Assembly: GCA_905178155.1 (NCBI GenBank)
Contig: CAJINV010000004.1
Location: 8,454,882-8,518,881 of the forward strand
Reading direction: 5' to 3'
From: Amoebophrya sp. A120
Taxonomy: Eukaryota > Protista > Dinoflagellata
Length of the DNA stretch: 64,000 bases
In this document: piece by piece, positions 58,607-64,000 of the stretch
Layout of the letters: the number at the start of each line of letters is the position of its first letter
Numbering within the stretch: the first letter of the stretch is position 1
Notes under the pieces: generated by a model
What the model was told of the DNA's origin: nothing
The model's input: only the letters and a program-made list of their open reading frames with translations
Database searches by the model: none
Position numbers and translations under genes: made by a program

Positions 58607-61452
58607 TCACAATTCCAATTGCGGGAAAACGCATCTGATTTCGATTGGCTCTTTCATCGGTTCCTTCCGCCGACGACGTTTCTCGAAAACTTCCGCCGCC
58701 ACGTCAAGCCAGGTGTGGTCCGCTTTGAGAAAGCCGGACCCGATCTTGTCTTTGTTTATTTTCCCAGATGATGCTGGTTCTTGCGCTTGCTGTGCGCTAG
58801 GGGATTTGTTTTTGCCACCGTTGCTGCTGGTGCCATTATTCTCCGCTTCCTCCTCGTCAGGAAGAAGTTTCTCGCGGTTGTTATCTGCTGTTGTGTTTGC
58901 CGGAGCGGATGCCATTAACGCGTCTTGTTCACCGCCCTCGATCATATCATCGTCCCGCCTCTCATCCTGACTGGCGTCAACATTGTCATCGGCAGGAACA
59001 AATCCCGTTTCATCCTGTAATTCCTCGACCAAAAACTTGACGTTTTCTGGAGCGTACTCTTGGAAGCCGGGAAAAATGTTTTTCCACCATAAATTCTCGC
59101 TCTTCTCCCCCGTTATAATGTCCGCAAACCTCGTGCCGTCGACGGCATGCTCCCGAACGATCTTCACCAGCAATTTCAGTTCCTCCAAAAATGTTCTCGC
59201 TTCTGCGCCTGTACCAAATTCGAAATCGATCTTTCTTGCAATTCCGCTGTCGGGCATGTTAAGTGCAGGTTGGAAAGTGATGCGCACGGCTTGCTTGTCG
59301 TCCTCTGGAGGGACGGCACTGGAATCCGACTCGTTGATAAACATATTCGCATCTGTATGTGCAGGATTAGTGGATAAATCTCCGTGGTCTTGTGCGCTGA
59401 CATCTTCCCCGGCTACAGCAACTGCCTCGTCGTCGCCGGTGGTTTGCGGCAGAGGCCCGTAAAGAACTACAGCTGCTCCTTCTCGCGCGTGCGAGCTGCT
59501 ATTTTCACCGTCTTCTTCAACTCCGATTTCTTCGTTCTCCTCGCGTTCGTAGGTCCCAGGCGGCCAGTCGGAAAATTGTAATTCTTGTCCTCGCAGCTCG
59601 ATCACAATGAAACCGGTATAATAGGTCGCCTCCCGAGCTTCCTCCGTTGACCAAAAAACTGGTATGCTACGGTCTAGCAATCCGAAGTGGTGGCTCAAGC
59701 CAAGCTTGACACGCTCGTGAAGATCCACCGACAAACTCGGGATATCGTCCTGCTGGACCCAGCAGTGGTATACTTCGCCTGTATACAGACAAACCCACAA
59801 TCCCAAGTAAGCTTGCGGAAAAACTTCTGTGTCGCGAAAAGGCATCTCGTGAGGGAATGCGTCCGCCGGCGAGCGGGTGATGCGTTCAACATTATGCGGG
59901 TTCGCGAAGCGAAGAAGTGCCGTGTGCCGAAACTGGCGACAATCCCGCTCCTTCTTCAACGCGCTTTGGTCCCAGCAATCCTCGTCCAGGTCCAACAACT
60001 GCTCGCGGTACCGGAGACGCCGGGCGAACGTGCCCTCCGGTAGCTGAAACTCCTCCTCCAGCCGCTTCCCAACGTCCGCAACAAACGCTGCCTCGAGCTT
60101 GATGGCTTCCTGTCGGAGCACGCTTTCCAGTGTTCGAAGTATTGGCATCGGTTCGGCGAGCAGACAGGGGTGGACCGCGAAATCCCGCACACTAGGACAC
60201 GGTGCTACGGCCACACTAGACGCCTTTCCTGCGGTAATCTCGTGCTTGCCCATGTTCACCAGGCGAAACGGCAAACAGAGTCCGTCCGCTGCTGCGGCCG
60301 CGGTTAAGATATTCTGTCTAGGGTCGTGGACACACGTTCTTAGCAATGTGCCATCGCTGTCGGTTGCAGCGGCGTCCCACTGCCTTGCCATCAGTCTTAT
60401 CAGCTCCAACCTTCTTTGCCTCTTTTTCACACACCGTAGAACCGCGGCAGCGTACTCGTACTATGCATTGCGAAAAAATCGTACTTCTAGACTAAAGCTG
60501 CGCATCTTCACAAATTACTTTATTCGAAGTGCGAGGTAACAAACTCAATCTGGAACTTCGCGGTTGAGTCCTTATCCGCCCGGCCGGCCGGATGACAACT
60601 CAACCACTTCTGCAAAAAATACTGAAAGCATTTTTTGAAAAAGAAAAAAGAAAATCCTCGTGAAGTTTCACGCCGGTTAGCAGATCTGTCACACGACATG
60701 CTGTGTCACACGACATGCTGCAGCGAAATTAATACGACTAAGTACGGTAGTTTTGCAATGAATACGCACACCCGTTCGGCAGTTTGCAAAAACGGGGCCG
60801 CGAAATCGTCATACTCGTCGGCGGACGCGACCACGACCTGCCGATCTCGTCGTTGCACCGATGCTTTTTCTTCGTTACAAGCCAGCCGATTTTGGTGATT
60901 GCGGGGCCCCTGCTGCAGCTTCGCTTGATTGTCACTCTCGTCGGGCGGCGTGGTTCCAGAAGATTTACTGCTGGGCGCTTGAAGATGTGTTGTTTTCAAC
61001 TCCTCTCCCCCGACCGGGCTGGTGCCCGTCAATCCGACCGCAGCGGCGATGTCTTCTATTTCCTTCTGCGTGTCGAATATCAGTTTGGGAGGAATCGAAC
61101 CTGATGGCAGGATCGAAATCCTGTCTTGGGAACCAAGCAAAACCGCCGGCGGATGCTTGGCTTCCAAGGTCCTCAACAAAGTTTTTTTCCACGTATCATC
61201 ATGGACCACTTCCAGGTTTGCAGAGCCGAGCTGCTTGAGCAATTCGGCGTATTCGCTGCTGTTCTGCTTCCAACCCAACGCTTTCTCGAGCGCACTGCGC
61301 CTCACGCAGAGTGTTTCTTCTTGAACGGTAAAGGAACATGGGTCACTGTGCCGTTCAAGTCCACGGACAGGCTTTGTTGCCGTGGCTGATGTCGGTGGCC
61401 CAGTACTTGCTGGACCGGCCACGGCTGGCGGTCCCGTGGAGGATGCGGCCAT
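58607..61452 (-). CDS. Hypothetical protein, tandem paralog 1
   Basis: ORF 60706-61452 joins 58607-60430 in frame (ERVC-EYAAAVLRCVKKR) across one introner. Confidence 0.75.
60462..60764. mobile_element. Introner, family C-like (long)
   Basis: tatgcattgcgaaaaaatcgtact...agtacggtagttttgcaatgaata; DR cgtac/cgcac. Confidence 0.85.
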
Positions 61453-62025
61453 ATTGATTTTAGATGTTTTTCAACATTGAGTCGCTGTTGATACTAAAAT
61501 TTTTTTGCACTTTTTCTTCGCTGTGTTTTTTACGTTTCATATTGCGATAGTCCACGTATTCTAAGCCCCTCTAGAAGACCCTCCGGAGGTGGCTATGGGC
61601 CTATGACGGCAGTGGTCATGTACATGTTTTCGTTTGATCTTCTTCTTCAGATAGACACAGCTGTGTAGCAATTCAGTAGGACGAAATCGCACTTCATCAT
61701 TTGTCACCACTACGCATCCTCGCCGCAAGCGCGTGAAACTACTGTGGGCGTCAATGAGATCTTTTTTGGCTTCGTCTGTACGGTGCTTTTGTTTGTCGTT
61801 GAAGTTGCAGAGCAGCTCATCTCAAGATGGCAAAATGATGTAATAATGTCTTGTAATCATCTTTTTATCTCCACTGCCACGCGAATTCATAGTCGCAAAA
61901 GAAGCCTAGAACACCCGGATCCGTTCCTTGCGAGCAGCATTAGTGCCACTTTCTTGCTCCTTCACGAGATATTCTCAGTCTTCATCATCAGTGCTCGAGA
62001 ACAGAATCCTCCGCCCCAGATCAGT

Positions 62026-64000
62026 CTATAACTGCGGAAAAACGCACTTAATCTCGATCGGCTCCCTCATAGGCTCCTTCTTTCGCCGCCGCTTTTCAAA
62101 GACCGCCGTTGCCACGTCGAGCCAGGTCTGGTCTGCACGAAGGATGCCGGCGTCGTCTTGTGAGCCAGAAACGACTGCGGTGTTGGAAACCGCAGAAGTG
62201 CTGATGGCAGTGTCCCCTCCTGCGACGGCAGCAGTTTCTTCGTCGGGGAGCAGCCTCTCCCGTACAAGCCTTCCTGAAACCGCGTCGAGCGACGTTATGC
62301 AGTCGATAGCCATCGTCGCCTCGCCACAGGATGAATGCTTTATTTCCTGTTGTTCCAGTGAGTTGTCGTGTTCGTCGGAGGTCGTGCTGACGTCGGGAGA
62401 AGCTGGCTCCTGCAGTTCCTCGACCAGAAACTTCACGTTCTCTGGCTTGAACACCCCCGGAGCTGGAAAAACGTGTTTCCACTCGAGGCCTTCGCAGTTG
62501 TCTTTGCCCGTGACGATATCTTTCCACGCCGTATCCAGGAAAAAAACTGTGTAAGTGTAACTTTGTAGGTGTAGGAAGAGCAGCATCACAAATTCGTTTT
62601 GCATCACACGGAAAACCTCTCATGCGCAGCTAGTACGTGGAAACGCGTATGATAGTAGCCTATGACGCACTTCCAGCATGACAAGTGTAACTGTTTTGCA
62701 TTTTCTGCATCACAGATTTACACTTGCACAGTTTTTTTCTTGCATACGCTGTCGTCTTGGAGTACTCACGAATGATTTTGTGCACCAGTTTCAATTCGTC
62801 GTAGAACTTGATAGCTTCGTCAGCGGTTTTGAAAGCCAGGTCCATCGTTTTCATGTCAGTGTCGTCAAATTCCTCATTATTTGCGAACAGCGTAAAACGC
62901 ACAATGTGATAGATGTCATCGACGTCATCGAGATCGATCTCATCGTCTTCTTCAGCAGGTGAATGAGACTGCAGGATGCCGTGTTCAACAACCGCCCGCT
63001 TGACATCGTCCCAGTCCCAGTCATGGTGGTCGTCGCGGAAACTTGTATGGTCAATCTTGAGTTTATCCACCTAGAGAAACGCTTTTTTATTAATGCAGAT
63101 ACTGCAAGAAAAATGCCTAAAGTATTCGTCCGGCGTGGCCTGCGTGATTCCACTGCAACTTCTGCAATGGCAGATATACAAGTTAGTATAGTATCCAGAG
63201 TAATCCAGCGTTTTTCATCGTGGATACAGCTCTATCACCACACAGTAGGTGCCCTCGTATTTCCTCCGAAAAGTCAAAGCCGACGAATCAGTGTCCGCGC
63301 AAAACAGAATCGGCACGTCGTCGACCAAAAACGGGAACTCGGTCTCGTCGTTGAGATCGATGACGTTGTCGCGCGACGGGTCCTCTTCCGTCGCCACGAG
63401 ACTCGTTTTGACAAGGTTGCGCTCCGCGTCGCAAATAATGAAGCACCGCTGCACCGAGCCACGATACGGACACACCCTCAGGCACAGCGACCCTGCTGTA
63501 AGGAGCTTCGGAATATCTTCATCTAGTATAGAAAACTCGAGGTCGTCATGCTCACGTTCCCGCACTATCACTGTTGCTCTGTGACGAGAGGAAAAGCGCA
63601 GTTCAGGCAAAAATGGTGACTCGGGAAAAAGAAATTCATGCCGCACTATGCTTTGTGCGTCCAACAATCCCCCGGTCCATGCGACACCGTCCACCAACGA
63701 CGCAGGCCTCACAGGCTCTCGAAACCGGGCTCGCTTGTCAAAATTGTTTGGTGGTAGTTGAAGCTGCCTTTCCAGTTTTTCGACGACACCCACCATGAAC
63801 GCCGCCTCTGTTGTAGTTGCAAATTGTCGCATCACGCCTTCCAGCGTCTCAAAAACACTGATGAACTCAGCTGTCAGCCGTAGCTTCTGAGCTCGTGAAT
63901 TCAGTGGTAGACGCCCGGGTGCCGCGACACACAGTGCTGTTCCGTTCGCTATCTCCTGTCCGCCCATTTTCATCAGGCGAAAACTGATTCCCACCCCGCC
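62026..64000 (-). CDS. Hypothetical protein, tandem paralog 2 (5' end outside window)
   Basis: Shares FRL..MG..EI, ELKL..KI.RE, PENVKFLVEELQ and TWLDVA..VFEKRRR.KEPM.EPIEI.CVFPQL with paralog 1. Confidence 0.75.
62532..62746. mobile_element. Introner, family E
   Basis: DR cgccg/cgctg. Confidence 0.9.

Noticed and set aside
8356-62746. CRISPR array or bacterial REP/IS interpretation of the repeats
   Set aside because: The repeats are inverted pairs with 5-bp DRs inside eukaryotic exons; no regular spacers, cas genes or transposase are present.
8356-62746. Ciliate IES-like DNA elimination
   Set aside because: The TA-like ends and pointer-like DRs are suggestive, but nothing in the window shows DNA-level excision and similar Amoebophrya elements are described as introns; kept only as a test.

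Overview
Eukaryotic, gene-dense window with almost all genes on the minus strand. Its features match the parasitic dinoflagellate Amoebophrya (Syndiniales); this is an inference and the strain cannot be determined. About 65-70 short (140-340 bp, one 501 bp) non-autonomous elements of at least 8 terminal-inverted-repeat (TIR) families interrupt coding exons. Nearly all start TAT and end ATA, are flanked by a 5-bp direct repeat (DR), and carry many copies of a shared GCAT(G/C/T)A(C/G)A motif. Removing an element plus one DR copy restores the reading frame at nearly every junction I checked by hand, so they behave as non-canonical introns (introner elements). Reconstructed genes include an ion-transport/EF-hand channel, a PAN/apple-like membrane protein, a DEDDy (EXD1-like) 3'-5' exonuclease, a homocysteine S-methyltransferase, two Cys-rich surface proteins and a tandem paralog pair. 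The most unusual structure is in the Cys-rich membrane-protein gene (46685-56311). It carries two large insertions (4.2 kb and 1.26 kb), each flanked by a 44-48 bp duplication of the target exon. They are built from copied fragments of neighbouring loci, joined at 1-4 nt microhomologies, and their breakpoints repeatedly fall on introner termini. Each duplication places an in-phase GT and AG, so the inserts could be spliced as new introns.
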